From Tenacibaculum sp. (GTDB lineage: Bacteria > Bacteroidota > Bacteroidia > Flavobacteriales > Flavobacteriaceae), in contig JAHDDQ010000006.1 of assembly GCA_020629275.1 (NCBI GenBank), forward strand, positions 1,275 to 65,274: DNA of 64,000 bases, in the 5' to 3' direction. The notes under the pieces were generated by a model that was not told where the DNA came from, did not search any database, and was given only the letters and a program-made list of their open reading frames with translations. Position 1 is the first letter of the stretch. Each line of letters begins with the position of its first letter. Of this stretch, positions 6,881 to 18,475 are shown piece by piece. A program made the position numbers and the translations under genes.

Positions 6881-8557
6881 ATGTCAAAAATATTTAAAGA
6901 ACGTACCAGAGCTCAAGAATCTACAAATGCTATAGAAAGACTATACATTTCTATGCGTCATTTATTTAGTAGAGGTTTCTATAAACCAATGGGAATTTCT
7001 GGTGAAACACTTCGAAAGTCGTTGTTATTATTGAGACCAGAAATTTATGGTTCAATTGCAGAAGAAAAAACAGAATTAAACGGATTAACGTATGTTATAG
7101 AACGTTTACCAGAAGGAATTGAAGAATGTCAGTTTATTAACCTTACTGCTGATGAAGGCTATAGAAATTCACATTTTAAAGCAATAGTTCCACCGAAAAG
7201 GAGAAGAAATTGTTATCGAATAGATAAAGATCAAATGAATATTGAAATTACCAGAGGACGTTCTGATATTTATGATATTCTTACACACCTGACTTTCTTG
7301 TTTATAGAATCACATAAAATTAAAGAAAGAGTTTTAATAAGTGATGGTAAAAAGACAACACGAGAGTGGCAAAACTTAGAAGAGGTTGTTATTCATAATA
7401 AAACTATTTCTGATGAAGAAAGAGATGTATTGATAGTACATTTAGGAAGTATTTTAGGAAGGACTTACGACGAAGTTTATCAATCATATATTACCTTTTC
7501 TAAAGGACATAATCCTTATCGCTTCTTTCATTTAATATATTGGTTAGGAAAGTTAGCTATAAATGAAGAGCTACATGATAAGAAAAGATCTATACGTTTC
7601 AGTTCCGTTTTATCAGAAGAAATAGGACGTCATTTCCATGGTGAAAAGTGGGCTAATGATATCAAAGCAACATTACTAAATAATAACCTTTTACATAGAC
7701 CTATACACATTATAAGTGCCAACATGCACAGCGTGCTTAATACATTATATGCTAAAGGAGCTTTACCGAAAGAGGCAAAAGAAAATGAAGGGTTCGAACT
7801 GTACGAATTATTGAGTAATGTTAATAGTAAACCATTACAAGTAGCAGTTAAAAATTACGCTTCAGAAAATGGGTTAATTTACTTGAAAGATAAGTCAGGA
7901 ACGAATATTAACGTTCAAATCATTGATACTGATAAAGTTGATATTCAATCTTTGAATTTTGAGATCAACACATCAAGTGAAGAAAAACCAGTAATCATTG
8001 TAATGGATTATGCTTTTGGAGAGCAAGCATACGAAACAATGGACGAACTGTTAAAACCGTACAAAGGAGAAGAAGTTATCCATTTAGATGTAAAATCTGT
8101 TTCAATAATGGGTAAAGCAGGGATTCTAGAAGGAGGTAAAGGTGATATTATGATACCAACATCACATATTTTTGAAGGAACGGCAGATAATTACCCTTTT
8201 AAAAACGAATTACAGAAAGAAGATTTAGAAGGTTTTGGAGTTGAAGTTTTTGACGGTGCCATGGTTACTGTGCTAGGAACATCATTACAGAACAAAGACT
8301 TATTAAAATTCTTTCATGATTCCACATGGGATGTAATAGGCTTAGAAATGGAAGGAGCACACTACCAGAAAGCTATACAATCTGCTTCAAAGATAAGAGG
8401 AAATATTAGTGAAGATGTAAAGGTTCTTTACGGTTACTACGCTTCAGATAATCCTTTAGAAACAGGAGCAACGTTAGCTTCAGGAGGTTTAGGAATGAGT
8501 GGCGTTACACCAACATATGCAATTACTCAAAAAATACTTGAACAAATTTTAAAGTAG
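6881..8557 (+). CDS. Conserved Bacteroidota protein with nucleoside phosphorylase-like C-terminus (DUF6909-like)
   Basis: SIMGKAG, GLEMEG, YASDNPL motifs resemble the PNP/AMP nucleosidase fold. Family name from memory. Confidence 0.6.
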   Translation: MSKIFKERTRAQESTNAIERLYISMRHLFSRGFYKPMGISGETLRKSLLLLRPEIYGSIAEEKTELNGLTYVIERLPEGIEECQFINLTADEGYRNSHFKAIVPPKRRRNCYRIDKDQMNIEITRGRSDIYDILTHLTFLFIESHKIKERVLISDGKKTTREWQNLEEVVIHNKTISDEERDVLIVHLGSILGRTYDEVYQSYITFSKGHNPYRFFHLIYWLGKLAINEELHDKKRSIRFSSVLSEEIGRHFHGEKWANDIKATLLNNNLLHRPIHIISANMHSVLNTLYAKGALPKEAKENEGFELYELLSNVNSKPLQVAVKNYASENGLIYLKDKSGTNINVQIIDTDKVDIQSLNFEINTSSEEKPVIIVMDYAFGEQAYETMDELLKPYKGEEVIHLDVKSVSIMGKAGILEGGKGDIMIPTSHIFEGTADNYPFKNELQKEDLEGFGVEVFDGAMVTVLGTSLQNKDLLKFFHDSTWDVIGLEMEGAHYQKAIQSASKIRGNISEDVKVLYGYYASDNPLETGATLASGGLGMSGVTPTYAITQKILEQILK

Positions 8558-8567
8558 GTAAGAAAAT

Positions 8568-9620
8568 ATGTCAAACCAAATAAAAAATAACGAAGAAGTA
8601 GACTTAGGTTCTCTATTTACTATAATAGGTAGAGGTTTTACCAAGTTTTTTGGTTTTTTAGGTAGTTTATTGAATAGGCTATTTGACTTTATTATTCAAA
8701 TTTTATTATTCCTTAAAAAGAATATCTTAAAGTTAGGATTAGCTACTATAGTTGGAGGATTGATTGGATTCGCCTTTGAATTTAAAGCAGAAACTAAATA
8801 CGAGGCAAACTTATATGTAAAGCCCAATTTTAGTAGTTCAAGACAATTGTATAATAATGTTAAATTTTACAATGACTTGGTAAAGCAAAAGAATTCAGAA
8901 CTTTTAAAAACAACTTTTAATATTTCTGAAACTGACGCAGCTTCATTAAAGAATTTTCAAATAAACCCTGTTATTAATGAAAATGATATTTTAACGTCTT
9001 TTGATGATTTAACACAATCAATAGATACTACAACCGTAAAAAGTTATTCTTACGCTAAATTTAAAGCTGCATTTACTAAGTTCGATTATAAAGTACACGA
9101 AATTATAGTTTCTTCTACACAGAAGGATGTGTTCCCTAAACTAAGTGAAGCTATTATTTCCTCGATAGTAAATAATGATTACTTCAAGACGCTGAAGAAA
9201 ATTAACAAAAAGAACTTATTAAGAACAGATGCTCTTTTGCGAAAAAACTTACAGCAAACCGATTCGTTACATACTATCTATAAAAAGGTATTATTAGAAG
9301 AAGCTAAAAAAACCAACTCAGGAACCACGATAGATTTAGGTGGAAGTTCTCCATCCATAAACAAAGAGTTGGAGCTATTTAACACCAATAGTAAGCTAAA
9401 CGAAGATCTGATAAAAGTGAATGAAAAACTGTCAGAAAAATCGGAAGTCATAAATATTGTTTCTAATTTTCAACCAGTAGGGCATAAAGTCAAAGAAATT
9501 CAAAAAAATAAAGGGTTTCAATATGCTTTATTAGGGTTTATTTCTATGATTTTATTTCTATTAGCAATAAAATTAAATACATTTTTAGAAAATTATAGAA
9601 AAAGAGATATCAAGCTATAA
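8568..9620 (+). CDS. Wzz-like polysaccharide chain-length determinant
   Basis: N-terminal EEVDL motif, two terminal TM helices with a coiled periplasmic region, first gene of the glycan locus. Confidence 0.6.
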   Translation: MSNQIKNNEEVDLGSLFTIIGRGFTKFFGFLGSLLNRLFDFIIQILLFLKKNILKLGLATIVGGLIGFAFEFKAETKYEANLYVKPNFSSSRQLYNNVKFYNDLVKQKNSELLKTTFNISETDAASLKNFQINPVINENDILTSFDDLTQSIDTTTVKSYSYAKFKAAFTKFDYKVHEIIVSSTQKDVFPKLSEAIISSIVNNDYFKTLKKINKKNLLRTDALLRKNLQQTDSLHTIYKKVLLEEAKKTNSGTTIDLGGSSPSINKELELFNTNSKLNEDLIKVNEKLSEKSEVINIVSNFQPVGHKVKEIQKNKGFQYALLGFISMILFLLAIKLNTFLENYRKRDIKL

Positions 9621-9642
9621 AAACTGAATTAAATCGCCCTTA

Positions 9643-10371
9643 ATGATTAAAGAACAAAATATTAGTTTTCCGAATTTTTTGGAAGATGATTTTACGTTAG
9701 AATGGCATATGAGTCGAAACGAACGCTATGCTTTTATAAAGTTGCTAGAAAAAACAAGGCCAAAAGTCGCTATTGAAATAGGATGTTTTAAAGGTGGTAG
9801 CTTAGAAGTACTGAGTAAGTATGCAGATAAAGTATATTCTATTGATATAAATCCAGAGGTTAAAGAAAAACTTGACGGTAAGTTTAGTAATGTTGATATA
9901 CGAATAGGGAACTCATCTGAGGTAATTCCTCAAATTCTAAAGGAAATAGAAGAGAAAGGTGAGGTTTTAGAATTTGTTTTAATTGATGGAGAACATACAG
10001 TTAAAGGTGTAAAAAACGATATGACTCACTTTTTACATATACAACCAAAAAGTAATATCCATATTGTTTTTCACGATAGTTTTAATCCAATTTGTAGACG
10101 AGGAATGAAGAAGGCGGATTATACTTCGTCTCCATTTGTACATTATGTTGAGTTAGATTTCATTAGTGGAGTTTTCAATCCAGGGAAATTATACAGACAA
10201 ATGTGGGGTGGTTTAGCCTTAGTTTTATTGAAGCCAGAAAAAAGAGTAGGAAACATAAAAATAAATGAATGTCAAAGAAAGATTTTTAATACAGTTTATT
10301 GGAAATCAGTACATCCAGTACGAGATAAACTGATGTTTTTAAAGCCATTAATCAAAAAACAAAAGTTTTAA
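9643..10371 (+). CDS. Class I SAM-dependent methyltransferase (Methyltransf_24-like)
   Basis: [20 protein letters not shown] motifs. Confidence 0.85.
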   Translation: MIKEQNISFPNFLEDDFTLEWHMSRNERYAFIKLLEKTRPKVAIEIGCFKGGSLEVLSKYADKVYSIDINPEVKEKLDGKFSNVDIRIGNSSEVIPQILKEIEEKGEVLEFVLIDGEHTVKGVKNDMTHFLHIQPKSNIHIVFHDSFNPICRRGMKKADYTSSPFVHYVELDFISGVFNPGKLYRQMWGGLALVLLKPEKRVGNIKINECQRKIFNTVYWKSVHPVRDKLMFLKPLIKKQKF

Positions 10372-10372
10372 G

Positions 10373-11488
10373 ATGAAGAAAATCGCTTTAATTACTGGAA
10401 TTACTGGGCAAGATGGTGCATATTTAGCAGAATTGTTACTAAAAAAAGGATATATCGTTCATGGAATAAAAAGAAGAGCTTCCAGTTTTAATACACAACG
10501 AATAGACCATTTATACCAAGACCCGCATGTAGTAAATAGAAATTTGATCCTCCATTATGGAGACATGACAGACGGTACGAATTTAATTAGAATATTACAA
10601 GAAGTTCAGCCAGACGAAGTATACAATTTGGCAGCTATGAGCCACGTTCACGTTTCTTTTCAAACCCCAGAATATACAGCAAATGTTGATGGTTTAGGGA
10701 CATTACGCTTATTAGAAGCTATACGAATATTAAAATTAGAGAAAAAGACAAAAATATATCAAGCTTCAACTTCCGAGTTATATGGAAAAGTACAAGAAGT
10801 TCCACAAACAGAAACCACTCCTTTTTACCCTAGAAGTCCTTATGGAGTAGCTAAAATGTACGCATTTTGGATTACAGTAAATTACAGAGAGGCATATAAT
10901 ATTTTTGCATCTAATGGAATTTTATTTAATCATGAATCACCCATACGAGGTGAAACATTTGTTACACGTAAAATTACTAGAGCAGTTTCAAAAATAGCGT
11001 ATGGTTTACAAGATAAACTATATCTGGGGAATTTAAATGCCCAAAGAGACTGGGGGCATGCAAAGGATTATGTTAGAATGATGTGGATGATTTTACAAGC
11101 AGAGCAAGCCGAAGATTGGGTAATAGCTACTGGTAAAACAACAACTGTTAGAGAATTTGTAGCTATGGCTTTTAATGAGATAGGAATCACGATAGCGTTT
11201 AAAGGAGAAGGAAAAGATGAAGTAGGAATCATAAAATCATGTACAAATTCTAAATATTCTTTGGAGATAGGTAAAGAAGTCATTTCGATTGACCCGCATT
11301 ATTATCGACCAACTGAGGTAGATTTACTAATTGGAGATGCTTCAAAAGCTAAAAATAAGTTAGGTTGGACACCGGAATATACACTTGAAGATATGGTGAA
11401 AGAAATGATGGAGAGTGATTTGAAGCTGATGGAACGAGAAACATATTTACAGCAAGGTGGCCACGATATTCTAAATAATTATGAATAA
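10373..11488 (+). CDS. gmd: GDP-mannose 4,6-dehydratase
   Basis: [33 protein letters not shown]. Confidence 0.98.
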   Translation: MKKIALITGITGQDGAYLAELLLKKGYIVHGIKRRASSFNTQRIDHLYQDPHVVNRNLILHYGDMTDGTNLIRILQEVQPDEVYNLAAMSHVHVSFQTPEYTANVDGLGTLRLLEAIRILKLEKKTKIYQASTSELYGKVQEVPQTETTPFYPRSPYGVAKMYAFWITVNYREAYNIFASNGILFNHESPIRGETFVTRKITRAVSKIAYGLQDKLYLGNLNAQRDWGHAKDYVRMMWMILQAEQAEDWVIATGKTTTVREFVAMAFNEIGITIAFKGEGKDEVGIIKSCTNSKYSLEIGKEVISIDPHYYRPTEVDLLIGDASKAKNKLGWTPEYTLEDMVKEMMESDLKLMERETYLQQGGHDILNNYE

Positions 11489-12536
11489 ATCATCCAAAAT
11501 ATATGTAGCAGGACACAGAGGTCTTGTAGGTAGTGCTATTGTTAAGAATCTTTTAGAAAAAGGATACACAAATATTATTACCAAAACACATAGCGAAGTT
11601 GATTTAACTAATCAAGAAGCAACCGCACAATTCTTTAAAGAATACACTCCTGAATATGTTTTTTTAGCAGCAGCTAAAGTAGGAGGTATAGTGGCTAATA
11701 ATACCTACCGGGCAGATTTTATTTACAGTAACTTGATGATACAGAATAATGTAATTCATCAAAGTTATTTACACAACGTTAAAAAATTACTTTTCTTAGG
11801 AAGTACTTGTATTTATCCTAAGAATGCAGCACAGCCTCTAGAAGAAAATTCCTTGTTAACAAACGAATTAGAATATACGAATGAGCCTTATGCAATAGCT
11901 AAAATAGCAGGAATAAAAATGTGTGAAAGTTATAATATACAGTACAATACTAACTTTATTTCTGTGATGCCTACAAACTTATATGGTCCTAATGATAATT
12001 TCGATCTAGAAAAATCGCATGTTTTGCCGGCGTTAATTCGTAAAATACATCTTGCAAAGTTACTTTCAGAACATAAAGAAGAAGAGGTTATAAAAAATCT
12101 TAAGGTTACTTCAATTGAAGAAGCAAAAAGTTACCTGTCTAGCTTTGGAGTTAACGAAGAAGCTGTAGAAATATGGGGGTCTGGGAAACCTAAACGAGAG
12201 TTTTTGTGGAGTGAAGATATGGCGGATGCTTGCGTTCATATAATGGGGAAAGTAAATTTCTCAGATGTTAAAAATACAAATTCATCTGAAATCAAAAATA
12301 CACACATTAACATAGGTACTGGTAAAGAAGTTTCAATTAAGGAACTAGCAGAATTAATAAAATTAAAAATTGGTTTTACAGGTAAGTTGAATTTCAATAC
12401 AAGTAAACCAGACGGTACTATGAGAAAAGTAACTGATGTGAAAAAACTACATCAATTAGGCTGGAAGCACACGATTGAATTAGAAGAAGGAATAGATAGG
12501 ATGTATGAATGGTATAAACAGTTAGAAGTTGATTAG
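11481..12536 (+). CDS. fcl: GDP-L-fucose synthase
   Basis: [29 protein letters not shown]. Follows gmd. Confidence 0.97.
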   Translation: MNKSSKIYVAGHRGLVGSAIVKNLLEKGYTNIITKTHSEVDLTNQEATAQFFKEYTPEYVFLAAAKVGGIVANNTYRADFIYSNLMIQNNVIHQSYLHNVKKLLFLGSTCIYPKNAAQPLEENSLLTNELEYTNEPYAIAKIAGIKMCESYNIQYNTNFISVMPTNLYGPNDNFDLEKSHVLPALIRKIHLAKLLSEHKEEEVIKNLKVTSIEEAKSYLSSFGVNEEAVEIWGSGKPKREFLWSEDMADACVHIMGKVNFSDVKNTNSSEIKNTHINIGTGKEVSIKELAELIKLKIGFTGKLNFNTSKPDGTMRKVTDVKKLHQLGWKHTIELEEGIDRMYEWYKQLEVD

Positions 12537-13905
12537 AGAAAAAATAAAAAACCTAACTACATCTAAATCGTTAGTAAAATCTCTTTTTACTGTTTCTGAA
12601 TCAGGAATAAATCTTCTGTTTATAATCGTTTCATTACCTGTTTTTCTGGGAACACTAGGTGCTGAAAAATACGGAATATATGTATTGGTTCAAAGCTTAT
12701 TGTATTTTGCAACGATATTTAATTTAGGGGGTAATTTTACTATTACAAAATACATATCAAATTATCGTGGTAAAAAGGAAGTAGAAAAAATAAGAGAATT
12801 TAGTAGTACAATATTTGTGTTCCAATTATTAGTTTCTGCCCTAGTTTTTTTTTGTACACTATTCTTATCTGATTATGTAATTTCTTCTATAGTTGAAGAA
12901 ACATCAAACACGAGTCTTTTTAAAAATATAATTGTTTATGCTGTGCCTTATTTTCTCATAGAAAATTTTGAAAAAAACTTCAATGGACTCCACAAAGGAT
13001 TTGAAAGGTTTGATAGAGCATTGATAATGTCTGTAGTAAATAAAATCATTAAATTCTCTATTCAAATAGGTATCATTCTCCTTACAAAAGATCTAGTATT
13101 TCTATATAAATACACACTAATATTCGCTATTTTATTTTTTATCCTTCATTGCTTATTAAGTAAATATTGGTATAAAGAGATATCTTTTTTTTTAAACGTA
13201 AAATGGAAAATATTTAAAGAGTTTATTAAATTCAGTTTTTGGGTATGGTTAAATGATGTGTTTGTATTGATTTCAACACAATTAGACAAGTGGTTAGTAG
13301 CAGCTCTTTACGATTTAAAAATATTAACGTATTACGGTATTGGAGTAAATATTTTTTACCAATTACATATGCTTGTATCATCATCAGCATCTTGGTTATT
13401 TCCTAAAGTTTCCTTTGAAGGAACAAAAAAAATAAGCTACAAGTCATATAATAAGAGTTCAAAATCAATTTTTATACTTAGTATTCTAAGCACTATAAGC
13501 ATACTCTTTTTAGGAGATTTATTTTTTCAGAAATGGTTGGGTCCAGAAGAATATTTGAAAGCAAAGAAATATATAAAACTATTTATAAGTATACTTCCTA
13601 TATTAGCAACAATTATTATTCCATATTACTATTTACTAGGTCTTGGGAAAATAAAAGTAGTATTTGTTTTCAGCGTTATAAATTCTTTAATTTTATACAC
13701 TAGTTTTTATTTTTTAAATCAATATGCAGATTTACATTTAATTATTTTATCATTTTTAATCACTTACACAATATCAACAGTTTTATACACTAGAAAAATG
13801 AATAAGATTTTTGGGAATAAAGGAATACTACAAAATCATATTATTATCTTTTCAGCCGTTTTAATATCCTTAACTCTATTTATCTACCTATTTAAATATA
13901 CTTAA
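12529..13905 (+). CDS. wzx: Oligosaccharide flippase
   Basis: Multi-TM MOP-family pattern ([16 protein letters not shown]) in a glycan locus. Confidence 0.85.
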   Translation: MIREKIKNLTTSKSLVKSLFTVSESGINLLFIIVSLPVFLGTLGAEKYGIYVLVQSLLYFATIFNLGGNFTITKYISNYRGKKEVEKIREFSSTIFVFQLLVSALVFFCTLFLSDYVISSIVEETSNTSLFKNIIVYAVPYFLIENFEKNFNGLHKGFERFDRALIMSVVNKIIKFSIQIGIILLTKDLVFLYKYTLIFAILFFILHCLLSKYWYKEISFFLNVKWKIFKEFIKFSFWVWLNDVFVLISTQLDKWLVAALYDLKILTYYGIGVNIFYQLHMLVSSSASWLFPKVSFEGTKKISYKSYNKSSKSIFILSILSTISILFLGDLFFQKWLGPEEYLKAKKYIKLFISILPILATIIIPYYYLLGLGKIKVVFVFSVINSLILYTSFYFLNQYADLHLIILSFLITYTISTVLYTRKMNKIFGNKGILQNHIIIFSAVLISLTLFIYLFKYT

Positions 13906-13907
13906 AT

Positions 13908-14690
13908 ATGAAAAGCTTTTTAAGAAGAATACTGCATTTGCTTGGGTTTAATATCAACTATAAGGTAGAAAACACTAAAATATTAACACTTATAGAAAGC
14001 ATTAGACCTTATGATGTAGGGGTTGATTTGATAAGGTTAGGAGCATCAAAAGACAGCGGTTATTTGATTCCAAATGATTTTAAAGATATTGAAGCTTGCT
14101 TTTCTCCAGGTTGTGATAATAAATTTCAGTTTGAGGAAGATTGTTACAAAAGACAAATGAAAGTTTTTATAGCAGATAGAACAGTGAAAGAGATTAATGT
14201 TCCTAAAAAATTTAATTTTATTGAGAAGTTTATAAATCCTGTAAGTAATGAAGATTATGTTTCTATGGACAAATGGGTTTCTAATACTTTAAATAATAAA
14301 GAGTCAGATTTAATCTTACAAATGGATATAGAAGGAGATGAATATATTAACCTTTTGAATATTTCAGATGACTTGTTAGATAGGTTTCGAATAATAGTCA
14401 TTGAGTTTCATCATCTGGAGCAATTATCTAATCCTTTTTTCTATAATACAGTTTCAAGTGTTTTTGCTCGATTATTAAAAAATCATACCTGTGTTCATAT
14501 TCACCCTAATAATAGCTCTAAAATTGTAAATATAAACGGAATTAAAGTACCTCCTTTAATAGAAGTAACATTTTTGAGAAATGATAGATGTAAGAAAAAG
14601 GAAAAAAGAACAGATTTTCCTCACAAGTTAGATGCAGACTGTGTTGATGGATTAGAGAATATTAAATTACCAGAAATTTGGTTTAAGTAA
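13908..14690 (+). CDS. FkbM/Methyltransf_22-like methyltransferase
   Basis: RLGASKDSGY, ILQMDIEGDE, IVIEFH, HIHPNN. Confidence 0.75.
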   Translation: MKSFLRRILHLLGFNINYKVENTKILTLIESIRPYDVGVDLIRLGASKDSGYLIPNDFKDIEACFSPGCDNKFQFEEDCYKRQMKVFIADRTVKEINVPKKFNFIEKFINPVSNEDYVSMDKWVSNTLNNKESDLILQMDIEGDEYINLLNISDDLLDRFRIIVIEFHHLEQLSNPFFYNTVSSVFARLLKNHTCVHIHPNNSSKIVNINGIKVPPLIEVTFLRNDRCKKKEKRTDFPHKLDADCVDGLENIKLPEIWFK

Positions 14691-14701
14691 ATCATTATAA
14701 A

Positions 14702-15391
14702 ATGATAAAAAAGAAGAGTTTTTTCGAAAGAGCAAAAAATAAAATTAAGGGAATTTTTAATAAAGAATCTGAAAAATTTCTAAAAGATATAAGTGGCTTA
14801 ATTCATATAGGAGCAAATACTGGTCAAGAACGAAACTTATACGAAAAATATAAATTAGAAGTTTTATGGATAGAGCCTATCCCTAGTATTTTCAATGTAT
14901 TAGAATCAAACATCAAACAGTTTCCAAAACAAACTGCAATACAAGCTTTATTGACTGATAAAGATAATGAAAGTTACGAATTTAATGTCGCCAGCAATAA
15001 CGGAGCTTCTTCTTCTATATTGAAACTGGATAAACATCAAGATATATGGCCAGATGTTCACTATGAAAAAACACTTCAACTTAAAAGTTCAACATTAGAT
15101 AATTTAATATCTGATAAACAAATAGATATAAATAAGTATCAAGCATTAATATTAGATACACAAGGATCTGAACTTCTTGTTTTAGAAGGAAGTACAACAA
15201 TTTTAAATAAGGTGAAATATATCTCAACGGAAGTAGCAAATTTCGAATCTTATAAAGGTTGCTGTATGCTTGATGATATGATTCTTTTTATGAAATCACA
15301 TAACTTTGTAGAAGTTTATAGAAAAGTTTTTGCTGAAAGTGACAAAGGTGAAATATATTATGATGTCTTGTTTAAGAATACGCTAGCATAA
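14702..15391 (+). CDS. FkbM family methyltransferase
   Basis: IHIGANTG, IEP, LDTQGSELLVLEG. Confidence 0.88.
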   Translation: MIKKKSFFERAKNKIKGIFNKESEKFLKDISGLIHIGANTGQERNLYEKYKLEVLWIEPIPSIFNVLESNIKQFPKQTAIQALLTDKDNESYEFNVASNNGASSSILKLDKHQDIWPDVHYEKTLQLKSSTLDNLISDKQIDINKYQALILDTQGSELLVLEGSTTILNKVKYISTEVANFESYKGCCMLDDMILFMKSHNFVEVYRKVFAESDKGEIYYDVLFKNTLA

Positions 15392-15394
15392 TCT

Positions 15395-16183
15395 ATGGAC
15401 AACTCTAAGCCTTTAATATCAATAATAACAGTCGCTTATAATAGTGCTGAAACGATTAAAGATACGATTCAATCGATTTTAAATCAAACATATTCTAATA
15501 TAGAATATATAATTATTGATGGTCAATCAAAAGATGATACTGTAGCAATAGTACAATCGTATGAGTCTAAATTTTTAGAAAAAGGCATCATTTATAAATG
15601 GATAAGTGAGCAAGATACTGGCATTTATGATGCTATGAATAAAGGATTAGCTATGGCTAATGGAGAAATAATAGGCATTATTAATAGTGACGATTGGTAT
15701 GAAGTTGATACAGTTGAAACGATAATTAATTTAAATACAGATAAGGTTCCTAGTATTTTTTCGGGAGCAATGAATAGGGTAACACACGAGAAAAAGGTAT
15801 ATAAAACCTTATTTAATCAAGACGCTTCAAATGTGTATAATGTTATGCCTGTGAATCATCCAGCAACATTTGTTTCAAAGGAAGTTTATAAACAATTAGG
15901 AGGTTTTGATACTAAGTATAAATTATCTGCTGATTACGATTTTATTTTCAGAGCATTTAATGCTAAGATACCTTTTAAAAATACAGATAAAGTTCTTGTA
16001 AATATGAGAAATACAGGAGCAACAGGACAACTTAAAAATTTATGGTTATCAGCTAGGGAAGATTATGATGTTCAAAAAAAGAATAATGTTAAACGTGCTT
16101 TTTTTAACTATATAAAAAAATCAGGATTTAATTGTTTGGTAGCGATAAGAGACACATGCATTAAACCAATTTTAAATGGTTAA
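15395..16183 (+). CDS. Glycosyltransferase family 2 (WcaE-like)
   Basis: ISIITVAYN, IDGQSKD, DTGIYDAMNKG, INSDD. Confidence 0.92.
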   Translation: MDNSKPLISIITVAYNSAETIKDTIQSILNQTYSNIEYIIIDGQSKDDTVAIVQSYESKFLEKGIIYKWISEQDTGIYDAMNKGLAMANGEIIGIINSDDWYEVDTVETIINLNTDKVPSIFSGAMNRVTHEKKVYKTLFNQDASNVYNVMPVNHPATFVSKEVYKQLGGFDTKYKLSADYDFIFRAFNAKIPFKNTDKVLVNMRNTGATGQLKNLWLSAREDYDVQKKNNVKRAFFNYIKKSGFNCLVAIRDTCIKPILNG

Positions 16184-17411
16184 AAACCTATTTCACGGTT
16201 TTGTGTTTCTAGCACCTTTCACTAGCTTTTTTGCTATATCAGCTTGGTTAAGATTACCAGTTATAGCAAATCAATTATTACTTTTAATTGTTATAGTAAG
16301 TGTGTTAATCTATGGTAAGGTTAAAACGAAATTTATATTTAAAGAAGATCTATACCTTCTAGTTTTCTTAGCTTTAGTTTGGGTAAGTTTATTGCTAGGA
16401 TATAGAGAAAAACGAAGCTTTAATCACACATTAGCATATACAAACGCTATAGTATTTTTCTTTTTTTTGAGTAAATACGTAGTAAAACACATAAAGATTA
16501 CATCACGTCAAATATCAAGAACGATGTGTTTTTCTTTTGTAGTTTCTTCATTAATTATCTTAATAGATTTTATTGGTATCAATTATTTTGATTTTAGTTT
16601 TAGAAAATTATTTTCTGTTGTTGATGGAAAAGTCAGTAATATGGACTATTACATAAGAAGTGGTTTTAGAAGAGTAGGTGGAGTGGCAGAAGAGCCAGGA
16701 ACTATGGCCTTATTTTATAACCTTTATTTTGGTGCTACTTTATATTTCTTAATTCGTGAAAAACATATAAAGACAGTAGCTTTTTGCGTTGTGCTTTTTC
16801 TGTTTTGTCATTTTGCAATGCTATCTAGTGCAGGAATAGCCTTGGCTTTATTTTGTTCGTTAACAGCTTTTTTATTTGAAAAAATTAGTAGAAATAAAAT
16901 TACAAAAAAGCAGATAAATTGGATTTTTATATTCATTATTTTTACACTTATTACATTAATATCAATGCTTATTTTTAATATAGGAAATATGCGTTTTCAT
17001 CTTGTTGAATTTGGTAATAAAATTATGTTTAACGAGTCAGGAACAGTAACTTCAAGCGGGCAAAGAATATTTCAATGGAAAAGGGCTCTAACTAATTTTA
17101 TTCAACATCCTATTTTTGGTCACGGACCAGGTTTTGGAGTTCACGAAGATCACGAAGGATATTTAAGTGTGTACTTAACTATTTTAGCAGATATTGGGAT
17201 AATTGCATTTATATTTTTTGTGGCATTTCAAGAAGCAATTTTTAAAAAGGTTATACAGCTTTCAAACACTGTAAGACCCTTTCTGTTTTTTGCAGTAACA
17301 ACATCATTTTTGCATTTATGCATAGTTTCTGATTTTTACCACGCACCTCTATGGATTTTACTCGTATTAATTCAGCTAATATATACTGAAGAAAAAGCAG
17401 GTATATTATGA
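16176..17411 (+). CDS. O-antigen polymerase/ligase family membrane protein
   Basis: Multi-TM, RVGGVAEEP, HPIFGHGPG (Wzy_C-like). Confidence 0.78.
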   Translation: MVKNLFHGFVFLAPFTSFFAISAWLRLPVIANQLLLLIVIVSVLIYGKVKTKFIFKEDLYLLVFLALVWVSLLLGYREKRSFNHTLAYTNAIVFFFFLSKYVVKHIKITSRQISRTMCFSFVVSSLIILIDFIGINYFDFSFRKLFSVVDGKVSNMDYYIRSGFRRVGGVAEEPGTMALFYNLYFGATLYFLIREKHIKTVAFCVVLFLFCHFAMLSSAGIALALFCSLTAFLFEKISRNKITKKQINWIFIFIIFTLITLISMLIFNIGNMRFHLVEFGNKIMFNESGTVTSSGQRIFQWKRALTNFIQHPIFGHGPGFGVHEDHEGYLSVYLTILADIGIIAFIFFVAFQEAIFKKVIQLSNTVRPFLFFAVTTSFLHLCIVSDFYHAPLWILLVLIQLIYTEEKAGIL

Positions 17412-18475
17412 GAATAATACACGTTATAACTGCTTTTGGAATTGGAGGAGCCGAAAAATTATTAGTAAATATAATTAATAAGCAAGTAGAAGATCACGAA
17501 GTACATTTAGTGTACTTAAAAAATATAAATGATTTATTACCTTTTGTTGATAAGAGAGTTAATGTGAAACATATTCCGTTATCGTTTACTACACTTTTAA
17601 AACTGAGGAAATATTATAAAAAAATTAAACCAAACATTGTACACACACATCTTAGTCATGCAGATATTCTAGGTATTTCAGCAACAATTGCTTTAAAAGT
17701 AAAGGTATTCTGTACAATGCACAATATTTATTTTAAAAAGAACAAAACGGACGATTTCTTGTTTTTTGTTTACAAACTTATTTTTAAAATCAGGAAAGTT
17801 CGCGTAATTTCAATCTCAAAATCAGTAGAAAAACACGTAATGCAGAGGTTAAAGCAGCCTCAAAAAAGATCATTTTTACTATACAATGCAATACCTCCAC
17901 AAGAAAATGAAATAGCTCGAATTGCTAAAAAAACGGGTAATGATGTTAATATCTTATTTATAGGGAGATTAGTTAAGCAGAAATCGGTAGAAACTTTATT
18001 AAGAGCTGTAGAAAACTTAAAAGACGATACCGTAAAACTAACAATTGTAGGGGAAGGAGAATTAAGAAGTGAATTAGAAGATTTAGCAGCACAATTAGAA
18101 ATAAAAAATCAAGTAATATTTACTGGAGAACAAAAGGAAGTTGATACCTATTTTAATAATACGGATATTTTTGTTTTACCTTCTATTTGGGAAGGGTTTG
18201 GTATTGTAATTTTAGAAGCTTTTAGAGCAAAAAAAGCTGTTATAGCCACCAATATTGAAGGTCCTTCAGAGTTAATCGAAGACGGAGAGAACGGATTACT
18301 TTTTACACCAAAAGATTATAAAGGATTAAGCTTTATACTAAAGACAGTGGTAAAAAATAAAGAACTAAGAAATCACTTAGCTGAAGAAGGTTATAAAACG
18401 TTCTCTGAGAAATATCATATAGAAACCTATACTAAAGAACTTCAAAAACTATATCAAGATGCAACAAATGATTAG
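17408..18475 (+). CDS. Glycosyltransferase family 4
   Basis: GGAEK, FIGRLVKQK, EGFGIVILEA. Confidence 0.92.
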   Translation: MRIIHVITAFGIGGAEKLLVNIINKQVEDHEVHLVYLKNINDLLPFVDKRVNVKHIPLSFTTLLKLRKYYKKIKPNIVHTHLSHADILGISATIALKVKVFCTMHNIYFKKNKTDDFLFFVYKLIFKIRKVRVISISKSVEKHVMQRLKQPQKRSFLLYNAIPPQENEIARIAKKTGNDVNILFIGRLVKQKSVETLLRAVENLKDDTVKLTIVGEGELRSELEDLAAQLEIKNQVIFTGEQKEVDTYFNNTDIFVLPSIWEGFGIVILEAFRAKKAVIATNIEGPSELIEDGENGLLFTPKDYKGLSFILKTVVKNKELRNHLAEEGYKTFSEKYHIETYTKELQKLYQDATND

